A program made the translations under genes and the position numbers. DNA of 64,000 nt, taken from Boseongicola sp. SB0665_bin_10 (GTDB lineage Bacteria; Pseudomonadota; Alphaproteobacteria; Rhodobacterales; Rhodobacteraceae). Of the stretch, positions 19,755 through 29,643 are shown in pieces. The notes under the pieces were generated by a model. The model had not been told where the DNA came from. It saw only the letters and a program-made list of their open reading frames with translations, and made no database searches. Numbering within the stretch: the stretch's first letter is position 1; each line of letters opens with the position of its first letter. The stretch spans positions 25,276 to 89,275 of the forward strand of contig VXSG01000020.1 of the NCBI GenBank assembly GCA_009838075.1, in the 5' to 3' direction.

Positions 19755-20505
19755 TCATGAACCGCCACGCGTGTCGGCGCCGGCATTTCGCCCGGAGCTC
19801 CAGCAGGCGGCGTGATCAGTGACCGCCCATTCAAGGAAATCGAGAACCCGGACTCAATCACTGCTCCTCATGTCCCTTCTTCGGCTCGGCGCGCCAGCAC
19901 ATTGGCCCTGCCCGAACAACAATCACTGCACGCGACTGGAAATGCCCCGATTTCCGGCCACTCCCCGCCATGCCTGCGATCAAAAATTTTTCCTTTTAGA
20001 TCATGCCGTTGGACAGGCGTCAAGCAGCAAGCGAAATCAATGCCGATTTCCTGAACGCCTCGCTCCGACAACGGCCCAGGCGATCGCGCCGACTTCGCGG
20101 GGCCGCAACTGGCCGGCGATGCGGCGCACGTGGCCCCGGCGGCCGGCGGGGACTCGGACCCCATGGCGGGATGTCCGCCGGAAATCCGACGACGCGGCGG
20201 CAAATCGCCGGCCGGTCTTCCCCGGACAGGCCAGAAAGTGGCTTGGGCCTGCCGTGCGCCGCCGGTCAGGCAGGTGCGTCGAACGAACGCTTGACGGGGT
20301 TCAGGAGAGTGCCGGGTCGCATGGCACTGCATGCAAGACCTCGAATTTGAATTCACCGAGAAAGCCCGGCTGGAAACGGAGGCCCCAACGACGGCAGGAT
20401 TGGGCGCCGAAGGTGTCAGTCCAGGATTGCCCTGCCCGGACGGCATTGTCAGCAACGCCGGCAAGGCATAGAAATTGCGGCATCATGTGAAGGATGCGGC
20501 CCGCG

Positions 20506-20985
20506 ATGGACTTTCGCCTAGGCAACGGCTTTGACGTACATCGGTTTGGTCCCGGCAATCATGTCACCCTCTGCGGCGTGCGTGTGCCTCATGATCGCGG
20601 CCTCGCCGGCCATTCGGACGCCGACGTCGCCATGCATGCAATTACCGATGCGATATATGGCGCGATGGCGGAGGGCGACATAGGCCAGCACTTTCCGCCG
20701 ACAGACCCGCAATGGCATGGAGCTGAAAGCGCAACGTTTCTGGAGCATGCGGCAGCGCTTGCCGACAAGCGAGGCTTTCGGATCGCAAATGTCGACACCA
20801 CGATCATTTGCGAGTTTCCGAAGATCGGTCCTCACGTGTCCACGATGCAAGCGAGGCTGTCCGAGATCATCGGTCTTGCCAGGGATCGAATCAGCGTAAA
20901 GGCAACGACGTCCGAGCAACTTGGGTTCACTGGCCGCAGGGAGGGGATCGCCGCCATCGCGACCGCTGCCTTGGTGGCGAAGTGA
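20506..20985 (+). CDS. ispF: 2-C-methyl-D-erythritol 2,4-cyclodiphosphate synthase (stand-alone IspF)
   Basis: '[14 protein letters not shown]...[21 protein letters not shown]...DIGQHFPP' and '[20 protein letters not shown]'. The ORF begins at 20494. The second ATG (20506) has better SD spacing. Confidence 0.9.
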   Translation: MDFRLGNGFDVHRFGPGNHVTLCGVRVPHDRGLAGHSDADVAMHAITDAIYGAMAEGDIGQHFPPTDPQWHGAESATFLEHAAALADKRGFRIANVDTTIICEFPKIGPHVSTMQARLSEIIGLARDRISVKATTSEQLGFTGRREGIAAIATAALVAK

Positions 20986-21476
20986 CTCGGCACCTTGTCC
21001 TCAGTTTCTTCTACGCAGGCTTCCTGCGTCCCGCCCCTGGCACATGGGGGTCGCTTGCGGCCCTTCCCGTGGCGTGGGCGTTCTGGCAGGTCGGCGGACC
21101 GATCCTGCTTGCCGTCGCGATCATTGCCGCTCTTGCAGGAGGCACGGTGGCAATAGCGCGGGAGTTCGAGGAAAGCGGGACGCATGACCCCGGCTGGATC
21201 GTCATTGACGAAGTCGTAGGTCAATGGATTGCGCTTCTTCCGGTCGCTGTCGGTGCCACCGTTTCGGGTGCGTCACCTACAAGGCTGTGGCCCGGCGTCC
21301 TCGCGGCATTCCTGCTGTTCCGCCTTTTCGACATCTGGAAGCCATGGCTCGTGGGACGTGCGGACCGTCGTGAGGACGCGCTTGGGGTCATGCTCGACGA
21401 CATTTGGGCCGGCGTATTCGCGGCATGCGGCGTCACGGCACTCGCGGCACTTGCCCACTTCGGGATCGACCGGTGA
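20982..21476 (+). CDS. pgpA: phosphatidylglycerophosphatase A
   Basis: In-frame GTG 20982 overlaps the ispF stop (GTGA). Motifs: '[21 protein letters not shown]', '[11 protein letters not shown]' and 'DIWKPW...[11 protein letters not shown]'. Confidence 0.85.
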   Translation: MTRHLVLSFFYAGFLRPAPGTWGSLAALPVAWAFWQVGGPILLAVAIIAALAGGTVAIAREFEESGTHDPGWIVIDEVVGQWIALLPVAVGATVSGASPTRLWPGVLAAFLLFRLFDIWKPWLVGRADRREDALGVMLDDIWAGVFAACGVTALAALAHFGIDR

Positions 21477-21952
21477 ACGTCGCCGGTCTCCTTGACCGCG
21501 CGCGACGCGCCGGCGTGATGATTGCCACGGCGGAAAGCTGCACAGGCGGCCTGGTGGCTGCCAGCATTACCGACATTCCCGGCTCCTCAGACGTCTTTGA
21601 GCGCGGGTTTGTCACCTATTCCGACATCGCAAAAACCGGTCTGCTTGGAGTTGATGCCGGGATCATCGCCCGGCATGGAGCGGTCAGCCAACAGGTCGCG
21701 AAGGCCATGGCCGAAGGCGCAATCAGAAACTCGGAAGCACAACTCGCCGTCTCGACAACCGGGATCGCAGGTCCAGGCGGCACCGACCGCAAGCCCGAAG
21801 GGATGGTGTGTTTCGGCCTTGCCTCGGTGAACGCGGACACGTTTGCCGAAACCCGGCGATTCGGCGCCGTCGGTCGCGAAAGCGTAAGGGCTGCCAGCGT
21901 GGAACACGCCTTGAATCTGCTCGATTCCCGCATTGCCGAATTGCTCAAATGA
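21473..21952 (+). CDS. CinA-family nicotinamide-nucleotide amidohydrolase (PncC-like)
   Basis: In-frame GTG 21473 overlaps the pgpA stop (GTGA). Motifs: 'IATAESCTGGLVAASITDIPGSSDVFERGFVTYS' and 'TGIAGPGG'. Confidence 0.85.
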   Translation: MNVAGLLDRARRAGVMIATAESCTGGLVAASITDIPGSSDVFERGFVTYSDIAKTGLLGVDAGIIARHGAVSQQVAKAMAEGAIRNSEAQLAVSTTGIAGPGGTDRKPEGMVCFGLASVNADTFAETRRFGAVGRESVRAASVEHALNLLDSRIAELLK

Positions 21953-22098
21953 TTGGCCAGTGACGCCAAATTTGCCGAAAAGTTAGGCAATTCCGAAAGC
22001 GCCCTCCAAAACGCGCGAATTCTGCACCGTCCAGCTTTTGTTTCCAGCAATGCTGCTGTTTCTGACTGCGCAGGCAGACCTTTGGAAGGAGAAGATTC

Positions 22099-23280
22099 AT
22101 GGTTGGGGCAGACACAGCTTGGATCATTGTGGCCACGGCCCTCGTGCTACTCATGACATTGCCGGGACTGGCACTGTTTTACGGCGGTCTTGTGCGGGCA
22201 CGAAACGTCTTGAGCGTCTTGATGCAATGTTACGCAATCGCTTGTCTCATGAGCATCTTGTGGCTGGTTGCAGGGTACTCGATTGCGTTTGGCGACGGGT
22301 CCGGAGGGATTTGGGGCGGACTCGGCAAGATGTTCCTGATTGGCGTCGACGCGACCAGTCTTTCGGGGACGCTGCCCGAGGTGCTGTTCTTCGCGTTCCA
22401 GATGACGTTCGCCATCATCACGCCCGCCCTGATTATCGGCGCCTATGTGGAGCGCACCAGGTTCTCGTTCGTGCTCGCGTTCTCCGGACTCTGGATGCTG
22501 ATATGCTACGCGCCCGTTGTGCACTGGATCTGGGGCGGCGGCATGCTGTCCGACGGAGGGATTCTCGGCGAGGTCGGCGTTCGCGATTTTGCCGGCGGCA
22601 TCGTGGTTCACCAGACGGCGGGCATCGCTGCACTTGTTCTCGCCGTCCTGCTGGGCCCGCGAAGGGACAAGTCAAGACCGCCGCACAACCCCGGATACGT
22701 CATGGTCGGGGCGGCGCTGCTTTGGGTCGGCTGGTACGGCTTCAATGGCGGTTCGCAACTCGCGGCCGACGGCGGCGCTGCCATGGCGATAACCGTGACG
22801 CATATTTCAGCCGCAACGGCTTCGCTGACCTGGGCCCTGTGGGAGCGTATCAAGCACGGCACTGCATCGCTCGTCGGCATGGTGACAGGCACCATTGCGG
22901 GGCTTGCATCCATCACGCCAGCCTCCGGCTTCGTAGGCCCTCTTGAAGCGCTGGTCATTGGAGCCATCGCGGGCATTCTTTGCCTGGAGGGCGTTCACCT
23001 CATCCGTGACCGCCTCAAGATCGACGACACGCTCGACGTCTTTGCCGTGCACGGGATCGGCGGAATCTTTGGAACCGTCATGCTCGCGATACTTGGCCAT
23101 GCCAGTTGGGTCGGGCAACTAGGCGGCGTCGTGGTCGTAGGCATTTATGCGACCGTCATTTCGATCATCATCGCCATCGCCTTGAAGGCGTTTCTTGGCA
23201 TGCGCGTCGACGAAGAGACGGAAGTGACCGGCCTCGACATCGCGCAGAGTGGCGAGCGGGCATATGACATGACGTCCTGA
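22099..23280 (+). CDS. amtB: ammonium transporter (Amt family), not linked to glnK
   Basis: 'DTAWIIVATALVLLMTLPGLALFYGGLVR', 'DFAGGIVVHQTAGIAAL' and 'FAVHGIGGIFG'. GGAAGGAG RBS upstream. Confidence 0.9.
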   Translation: MVGADTAWIIVATALVLLMTLPGLALFYGGLVRARNVLSVLMQCYAIACLMSILWLVAGYSIAFGDGSGGIWGGLGKMFLIGVDATSLSGTLPEVLFFAFQMTFAIITPALIIGAYVERTRFSFVLAFSGLWMLICYAPVVHWIWGGGMLSDGGILGEVGVRDFAGGIVVHQTAGIAALVLAVLLGPRRDKSRPPHNPGYVMVGAALLWVGWYGFNGGSQLAADGGAAMAITVTHISAATASLTWALWERIKHGTASLVGMVTGTIAGLASITPASGFVGPLEALVIGAIAGILCLEGVHLIRDRLKIDDTLDVFAVHGIGGIFGTVMLAILGHASWVGQLGGVVVVGIYATVISIIIAIALKAFLGMRVDEETEVTGLDIAQSGERAYDMTS

Positions 23281-23289
23281 TTCTCTGTC

Positions 23290-23317
23290 GGGCGCGGGGC
23301 ACTCTCGCCCTGCGCCC
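23290..23317 (+). terminator. GC-rich hairpin downstream of amtB (no U-tract)
   Basis: 'GGGCGCGGGGC-actctc-GCCCTGCGCCC', 10 of 11 positions paired. Begins 10 nt after the amtB stop. Confidence 0.3.
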
Positions 23318-23756
23318 CGGGAATCGGTCCGAAGAGCCGTCATCGAATCCGAGCCCTTCGGGCCGGTGTGTCGCCGGGCGGACTTTTGCTTAGTGTCAAG
23401 GTAGCGTTCACTGCCCGGCGGCCGCAATCGCACGGCTGGCACATTGCGGTTGCCTCCCGTTTTCGTTGCACGAAGGCTGCCGCGCGCAGCTGCAATGGCC
23501 CGTCCACCTCCACACATTCTGCGAGGCGCCTGCATGCGCGCATGAACCTTGGCACGCTCGACCCAGGCCGCGCGCTTCACCGGAACCGGCATCATGACCC
23601 TGCTGGCCGGCCCGCAGGATCTCTCGTTCCGGTCACACATGATCCTGCAGAAGAGAGTCAGCGATGCCACCCGTCAGCCCGGTGGACGCCAATCACGGGC
23701 ACGCGAGCCTTGTCGATCAGGCAATCCGGCACGACCCAATGCCAGGGGACGCTCAG

Positions 23757-25229
23757 CTAGCTGCCGTTGAAACGTGCGATCATTTCATCCCAGAATTGGA
23801 CCAGGACAGGCAGGCCGTCCCAGAATGACTGGTCCCGGCGTCGGTCAAAATCCTCCAGGGAAATGCCTTGCTGCTCGACCCATGTATAGTAGCCCAGGTT
23901 GAAGATGCGCTCCCTTTCAAACCGACCCAACTGCTGCATATGGTCGATGCCGGTGCCAAGAACATGTCGGCCAAAGGTCTCTGCGGCAGTGACTTCGCCG
24001 AACCTGCCATCGAAATGTTTGTCCGCGGCAACGTCGATCTCGGTTCGGTACATGTCCGCCCCGTCAGTCGCCACGGTAAGCACCACGTCACGTTCGCCCA
24101 GATCCATGTACCTGGCGTATTTGATCGCTCCAAGGACATTGGCAATTGACGACAGCCCCAGGCTTTCCAGGTCGGTCAACAGTTCCTGGCCTATCCCCCT
24201 GTGGTCCGAGAGATATCTTTGCCCGACCCGAGTATTGAACAGGAGATTCAAGCAGTCACAGGCGCTGCCCGACACACCGATAGCGAAGTCCGACGCCAGG
24301 ACGTTGTGGATCAGCGGGACATGCTTGTCCCCGATCCCTTGAATGTTGTGTTCCCCATAGCCGTTGTACAGCAGGGTCGGGCACTCCAGGGCCTCGATCA
24401 CGCCGATATCCGTGCCGAGGACCCGTTTCAGGTGTTCTCCCGCCGCCAGCGTTCCCCCCGAACCGCTTGCGGCAACGAATGCGCGTGGGCGCAGACCTTG
24501 TTCGGTGTTCAGGTGCTCGGCGACGCGTTGCAAGGCAGGGCCGGTCACCGAGCGGTGAATTGCGTAATTTCCAAATTCGCTGAACTGGTTGAGTACCAGG
24601 TTCTCCGGATCCTTGGCCAGGGTGTTGCAGGCGTCGTAAATCTCCTTCACGTTGCTCTCGGTGCCCGGCGTGCGATGGATGTCTTCAGGGTCCGCAAGCC
24701 ACCGGTTGAGCCAGTCGAACCGTTCTCGGCTCATTCCCTCGGGCAGCACGGCAATGGACCGGCATCCCAGCACGGTGGCGATCGCCACTCCGCCGCGGCA
24801 ATAGTTGCCCGTGGAAGGCCAGACGGCCCGGTGCCTGGTTGAATCGAAGGTACCGGAGAGAAGACGCGGAATCAGGCATCCATAGGCTGCAAGCACCTTG
24901 TGCGTGCCGATCATCGGAAAGCGGTTTCCCAAGGCCACCGCTATCCTGGCCCTGACTCCGGTAAGCGCTTCCGGAAGAACGACGTGTTCCGGCACATCAA
25001 CCAGGCTTCTCCGGTCCGTGCCGTTGTGCCAATGCACCCGAAACAGGTTTCGGGCGTCAGGTCCGTCGGGATCGACATCAGCGATTTCCGCGGACTTCGA
25101 GGCAAGATGAACCGTGGGATCGGCAAGTTCCTGAATCCTGGGAAGAACTACGCCGGCATTTTGCAGCCTTTCGACGTTTCGATCATGCGCGGCACGATCG
25201 ACCACATTCTGTTCCAATCCTGGGAACAT
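23757..25229 (-). CDS. PLP-dependent enzyme of the Trp-synthase-beta/cysteine-synthase (PALP) fold, long form (491 aa)
   Basis: ORF 23757-25610. ATG 25229 has AAGGAG upstream. Schiff-base Lys context 'PMIGTHKVLAAYG' and Gly-rich loop 'VAASGSGGTLAAG'. The fold is flanked by N- and C-terminal extensions. Confidence 0.8.
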   Translation of the reverse strand: MFPGLEQNVVDRAAHDRNVERLQNAGVVLPRIQELADPTVHLASKSAEIADVDPDGPDARNLFRVHWHNGTDRRSLVDVPEHVVLPEALTGVRARIAVALGNRFPMIGTHKVLAAYGCLIPRLLSGTFDSTRHRAVWPSTGNYCRGGVAIATVLGCRSIAVLPEGMSRERFDWLNRWLADPEDIHRTPGTESNVKEIYDACNTLAKDPENLVLNQFSEFGNYAIHRSVTGPALQRVAEHLNTEQGLRPRAFVAASGSGGTLAAGEHLKRVLGTDIGVIEALECPTLLYNGYGEHNIQGIGDKHVPLIHNVLASDFAIGVSGSACDCLNLLFNTRVGQRYLSDHRGIGQELLTDLESLGLSSIANVLGAIKYARYMDLGERDVVLTVATDGADMYRTEIDVAADKHFDGRFGEVTAAETFGRHVLGTGIDHMQQLGRFERERIFNLGYYTWVEQQGISLEDFDRRRDQSFWDGLPVLVQFWDEMIARFNGS

Positions 25230-25615
25230 TCCCGCTCCTTTCCCTGACTGTTCAGGCGCGTGGGTCAGACGATCCCTGAACCGCTGACATGCGGTCGGGC
25301 ACCGCAAGAGCATCGGACTTGGGCTCAAGGCGCCTTGCGGACCAGGAATCGTTTGCAGGCGAGGATCGCCCGCGGCTCTTCCGAAAGCAATGCTGGACGA
25401 CCTTCCGGCACCGAGCGCGTGCATGATCTCAGGCAGATTCCCGACGCAATGACATCCGTTTTCGACCCATTCCGGACAAGACAGGGTCGCCGCCACGCTG
25501 AGGCGTCGGTCGAGGATTCCCCCAATCGTCCCCCATTGACCGAAAGTCGTCATTTCAGCGACCGGCCTGCAAAGGGCATGGCGAGGTCGCGCAGGACCCG
25601 TCACCGCCAAATGCG

Positions 25616-26791
25616 TCAGTCAATCACGGGAATTTCCGCTGGCGCACGGCGGGTCAGAAGCTCTGCACCGTTCTCGCGGATCACGACATTTTCTTCGTGT
25701 ACCATGGTCTTGCCGTCACCAAGACCCATGACGGGCTCTATCGTGACGACCATCCCGACCTTGAGAACGGTCTTGTCAAAGTCTGCATGCGACGGCCATT
25801 CGGTCAATTGCATGCCAAGCCCGTGGCCAAGACGGCCAACGTCCCCGTCGCTTGCTCCGTTTGCGAACAATACGCCAGACATGGCCTGGAAGAGATCGGC
25901 TGATCTTGCGCCGGGAACCGCTGCGTCCATTCCCGCCTCGGTGGCGGCATACAATACGTCATAAACCCGCCGTATGTCGTCCGAGGCAAATTCAAGGGCG
26001 TAATTCCGGTCGAAGTCGCAAAAGTACCCGTCAAAGACCGCTCCGGTGTCGAGCATCAAGACCTCTCCAGAACGCAACGCGCGGTTGGTGGGCTGCTCGA
26101 TCACGCCTGCAATGCCGCCCGGGCCGGAACCGCCGACCAGATAGGGAACGTCGTCGACGCCGCGCTGCAACAAGTCGATCCGCATCTTGGCGAAGGCCTG
26201 GCGTTCGGTATCGCCGATCTGCACGAAGCCAGGAAGCGCCTCGAACGAATCGGACGCAATTGCGCAGACATGGGCGATCTTTTCGATCTCGGCCTCAGAC
26301 TTCACCATCCTTTGCGCTCGCACAATGCCGGTTGCGTCGACAAAACGGTCAGCCCCGACCAGTGCCCGCAACCGGTCAAAGTCGGCCGCGGGCATGCGGA
26401 CATGGGTTTCGTGTCCCATGGGAGTCCCGATTTTTCCCTCGGCACCGGCGACTTCATTCAATGTTTCGGCCAATAGCGTTACGCCGTCATCATCCGGCTG
26501 CGGGGCTGGCCAGGTGCGGATATCCTCGATCCAGGTGGCGGCCATGCCAGCAGCCCCAATGCCGGGAATGATCGCGATCGGCTTGCCTTGGCGCGGCATG
26601 AGCAGGAACCACGGGCGCGTCGGGCTTTGCCAGAACGGCGTGTGGAAACCCGAATAGTAGCGAACCTCGGCTTCGGTTGACAGAAGCACGGCACTCAATT
26701 CGAGCCGGTCCATCATGCCTTGAGCGATCGCCGTGCGCGTCTCGAACTCGGCGGTATCGAAGCCGCGGACCGGCGAAGGTCTACCTTTCAT
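25616..26791 (-). CDS. M24 family metallopeptidase (Xaa-Pro peptidase/creatinase fold), metal ligands present
   Basis: ORF 25616-27007. ATG 26791 has GAAGGAGG upstream. Motifs: 'MLDTG', 'CDFDRN', 'GHGLG', 'VVTIEP' and 'HEEN'. Confidence 0.85.
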   Translation of the reverse strand: MKGRPSPVRGFDTAEFETRTAIAQGMMDRLELSAVLLSTEAEVRYYSGFHTPFWQSPTRPWFLLMPRQGKPIAIIPGIGAAGMAATWIEDIRTWPAPQPDDDGVTLLAETLNEVAGAEGKIGTPMGHETHVRMPAADFDRLRALVGADRFVDATGIVRAQRMVKSEAEIEKIAHVCAIASDSFEALPGFVQIGDTERQAFAKMRIDLLQRGVDDVPYLVGGSGPGGIAGVIEQPTNRALRSGEVLMLDTGAVFDGYFCDFDRNYALEFASDDIRRVYDVLYAATEAGMDAAVPGARSADLFQAMSGVLFANGASDGDVGRLGHGLGMQLTEWPSHADFDKTVLKVGMVVTIEPVMGLGDGKTMVHEENVVIRENGAELLTRRAPAEIPVID

Positions 26792-27235
26792 GGCCAACTC
26801 GATCCTCCTTCGGATTGGACCTCCGCCACTCGCGGACCCTGGAACCGGCACGATCGCGGCCATGGATCGAACGAGGCGGGTCGAGGCGTCATCGCTTCTC
26901 CCGCATGCGCGGTTGCGCGTTGCCAGTTTGCGATATCCCGGGCAGATCGGCCACCGAGAATGGTGACCCTTCTCCATGTGCAACCGGACCGCCGAAGGGG
27001 TGGCCAAGATTGCTGGTGAAGATGTTCCCGGGCCGGCTCATCCTCGGAATGGCTGTGCCCGCGATGACGGATGACGGCATCGAGGTCTCCCTGCCGGGTC
27101 TGCATGCCGTGACGGCACGCGCCGGTCCCGATTGCGCAATCAGTGCCTCTCATCCGGCGGGAACTCGCGGTTTGTCCGGATTGCCGCCACGTTCAGGTCG
27201 ACATGGCGCGGTGCGGGTCCAGGGCTCGACCGCAC

Positions 27236-28387
27236 CTACAAGATGACCTCCTCCAGAGTCTTGGGATGATCGGTGATGGGCTCCCAGCCATTCTCGGTGA
27301 CGATGAAGCTGTCGCCAACCTGGGCGCGAAACGTCTCGACCGAAACGGATCCATCCACGGCCAGAACCATGCCGGGTTGAAGGATCGTGGCATCCCCGGT
27401 CACCAGTTGCGGCCTCTCGAGAAAGCTGAACCCTGTCGCCCGCCCACACCGAAACGGGTATTCGTACCCGGCGCCCGCGATGACTTCGGCATAGGCGGCA
27501 TGAACGCTTTCCGCGGTCACGCCTGGACGCAATGCGTCAAGCGCCGCCTTCTGGCTTGCCACCGCCACTTCATAGATCGTCGCCTGTGACTTGTCGGCGA
27601 TTTCACCGATCCAGAACGTCCGGTCGAACCCCAGCTTGAAGCGGTGAAAGTTGGTCATGCCACAGAAGCAGAGGAAAACGGGTTCGCCACGGCGCATGAC
27701 TCGCGTGGATGCCCGGCGATGCGTATTGATGATCGTCTCGCCGGAGGCCATGATCTGAAGGAAATGGGTGTTCGGTGACATGTAGGCGTCATCGTAGTGT
27801 GCCGACAGCAGTTCTGCCGCCTTGCGGGTGCCGGCCTGCGACGTGGCGATCGCCACCTCGTATTCCGGCACGCCATCGGCGATCGCGGCGCGGCCGGCCT
27901 CCATCATGGCCTTGCCGACCTGACCGGCATGCCGGGCAAGTTGCAGTTCCTCCTCCGACTTGATCATCCTCATGTCGGCCAGGATGGCTGCCGCGTCCGT
28001 CAGCTTTCCGGAATCCACCAGTTCACCGAGGAACGCACGCACAACCGGCGGCATTTGATCGGGTTCAATGGCGACGCAGGCCGCGTCCTTGACGATGCCA
28101 GGCAGTTCTTCGCGCCATTCATTTCCTTTCCCGTCGTTCCAGGGTGCGATCCTCTCAACCCGAGCAGTGGCCCGGGCGGAATTCAGGTCGATTTCCGGCG
28201 TTATGAGCAGGCTGTCACCATCGCGCGGCACGGCCAGGATCGTCGGGCGGCCGAATTCCATGTGAAGGTAGTCGAAATATCCGGTCAGGTAGTAGACGTT
28301 GTCGTCGTCCGTGATCAGCGCCACGTCGATTCCGGCCTCGGCAAGGCGCTCGCGAAAGGCCTGCATACGGGAAGAAAACCCAGTCAT
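27236..28387 (-). CDS. M24-fold protein (creatinase/prolidase-like) with non-canonical metal-ligand positions
   Basis: Creatinase_N-like 'IDVALITDDDNVYYLTGY'. The C-domain has 'LCFCGMTNFHRFKLGFDRTF', 'FRCGRATGFSFLERP' and 'MVLAVDGS'. Its start overlaps the M20 stop (ATGA). Confidence 0.85.
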   Translation of the reverse strand: MTGFSSRMQAFRERLAEAGIDVALITDDDNVYYLTGYFDYLHMEFGRPTILAVPRDGDSLLITPEIDLNSARATARVERIAPWNDGKGNEWREELPGIVKDAACVAIEPDQMPPVVRAFLGELVDSGKLTDAAAILADMRMIKSEEELQLARHAGQVGKAMMEAGRAAIADGVPEYEVAIATSQAGTRKAAELLSAHYDDAYMSPNTHFLQIMASGETIINTHRRASTRVMRRGEPVFLCFCGMTNFHRFKLGFDRTFWIGEIADKSQATIYEVAVASQKAALDALRPGVTAESVHAAYAEVIAGAGYEYPFRCGRATGFSFLERPQLVTGDATILQPGMVLAVDGSVSVETFRAQVGDSFIVTENGWEPITDHPKTLEEVIL

Positions 28388-29538
28388 CTGCCTTCGTCCT
28401 TCTGAATGGGAAGGCGGTCACGGACAAGTTGCCTCCAGAACGCCACTCCGATTGGCAGAACATCGTCGTTGAAATCATAGTCGTCCGAGTGAAGCGGCTG
28501 CCCGTGCGCTCCGGTCTCTCCGTTGCCGAGAAGCAGGAAACAGCCCGGCACCGCAGCCGCGAAATGGGCAAAATCCTCGGAAAAACTCATCGGTTGCCGG
28601 TCCGACCTGATGTCAAGGCCGGCGTGCCGAGCCGCACGCAGCACGGCCTCCGCAGGGCCCTCGGCATTGATCGTCTCGATGAATTCGGTACTGAAGTCCA
28701 CATTGACAGCAACCCCGTGCGCCGTTGCCACACCGTCCGCGATCTGGCGCATGAACTTCTCGACGCTGTTTCGATCTTCGGGGCTGCGGGCACGTACGTC
28801 CCCCTTCAACGTCACCGTGCCGGCCAGCACGTTGCGTTGCCCGTCGGTCTGGAATTCGGTGACCGACACCACCGCTCCCGCGCCGGGAGGCAGCTTGCGC
28901 GACACGATTGTCTGCAGCGCCAGCACCAATTCCGCTCCAACCGTGATCGAATCGCAGCTGGCCTGCGGCATCGAGGCGTGGCCGCCCTGGCCGCGGATCG
29001 TGATCTCGAACAGGCTTTCCGAGGAGCAAATCAGGCCGGGGCGCGTTGACACCTGGCCGACCGGCGCACCAGGCAGATTGTGCATGGCGTAGATTTCCTC
29101 GACGGGAAAGCGCTCCAGAACGCCCTCCTTGAGCATCGCCTGCGCGCCGAGGCCATGCTCTTCGTTGGGCTGGAAAATGAACACGACGGTACCGCTGAAA
29201 CCCGGGTCTGCGGCGAGGGCTCGGGCCGCCCCCAACAGCATGGCCATGTGACCGTCATGCCCACAGGCATGCATGACGCCGGGCGTTTCGGAAGGATACG
29301 CGTGATGGCTTGCCTCATGAATCGGAAGCGCATCCATGTCCGCGCGCAGCCCTATCGCGCGGTTGCCTTCCCCGGACCGGAGGACTCCGACCACGCCCGC
29401 GCCCTCATGCACTTCGAGGCCATGTCCACGCAGAAACTTCGCAATCTTGGCCTTCGTGCGGGATTCCCGGAACCCGAGTTCGGGGAATCGGTGGAAATCG
29501 CGCCTCAACGCCGACAGACTGAAGTCATCGGTACCCAC
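28384..29538 (-). CDS. M20D family amidohydrolase (hippurate hydrolase / N-acyl-amino-acid amidohydrolase type)
   Basis: 'LRRDFHRFPELGFRE', 'GLRADMDALPI', 'MHACGHDGHMAMLLGAA' and 'FIFQPNEE'. Start placed at GTG 29538 (GAGGAGG 6-7 nt upstream). The ORF opens at TTG 29589. Confidence 0.85.
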   Translation of the reverse strand: MGTDDFSLSALRRDFHRFPELGFRESRTKAKIAKFLRGHGLEVHEGAGVVGVLRSGEGNRAIGLRADMDALPIHEASHHAYPSETPGVMHACGHDGHMAMLLGAARALAADPGFSGTVVFIFQPNEEHGLGAQAMLKEGVLERFPVEEIYAMHNLPGAPVGQVSTRPGLICSSESLFEITIRGQGGHASMPQASCDSITVGAELVLALQTIVSRKLPPGAGAVVSVTEFQTDGQRNVLAGTVTLKGDVRARSPEDRNSVEKFMRQIADGVATAHGVAVNVDFSTEFIETINAEGPAEAVLRAARHAGLDIRSDRQPMSFSEDFAHFAAAVPGCFLLLGNGETGAHGQPLHSDDYDFNDDVLPIGVAFWRQLVRDRLPIQKDEGR

Positions 29539-29643
29539 AAGAACCTCCTCGACCAACCTGTTCAGACCTGCTCCCCGGCATTCGATCAATGTGAGCCCGG
29601 CCCGTTTCCGAAGTGACGTGTCGGGAAAACGGGAAGGATCTCC

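Noticed and set aside
20322-20336. 'TGGCACTGCATGCAA' in the ntrB-ispF spacer looked like a sigma-54 -24/-12 promoter.
   Set aside because: The GG-to-GC spacing is wrong: consensus is TGGCAC-N5-TTGC, and here the GC falls two positions early. The NtrC encoded next door also lacks the GAFTGA loop needed to use sigma-54.
19755-20493. Degraded dusB (nifR3) or ispD pseudogene in the ntrB-ispF spacer.
   Set aside because: I translated all frames by hand and saw none of the Dus or IspD signature motifs. The absence is reported as a finding, but no pseudogene can be supported.
25230-25610. N-terminal extension of the PLP enzyme. The ORF track opens at TTG 25610, only 5 nt from the upstream M24 stop.
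   Set aside because: The extension is Cys/Trp/Arg-rich and TTG 25610 has no SD. ATG 25229 has a near-ideal AAGGAG at 6-nt spacing, and it already leaves about 115 aa ahead of the PLP lysine.
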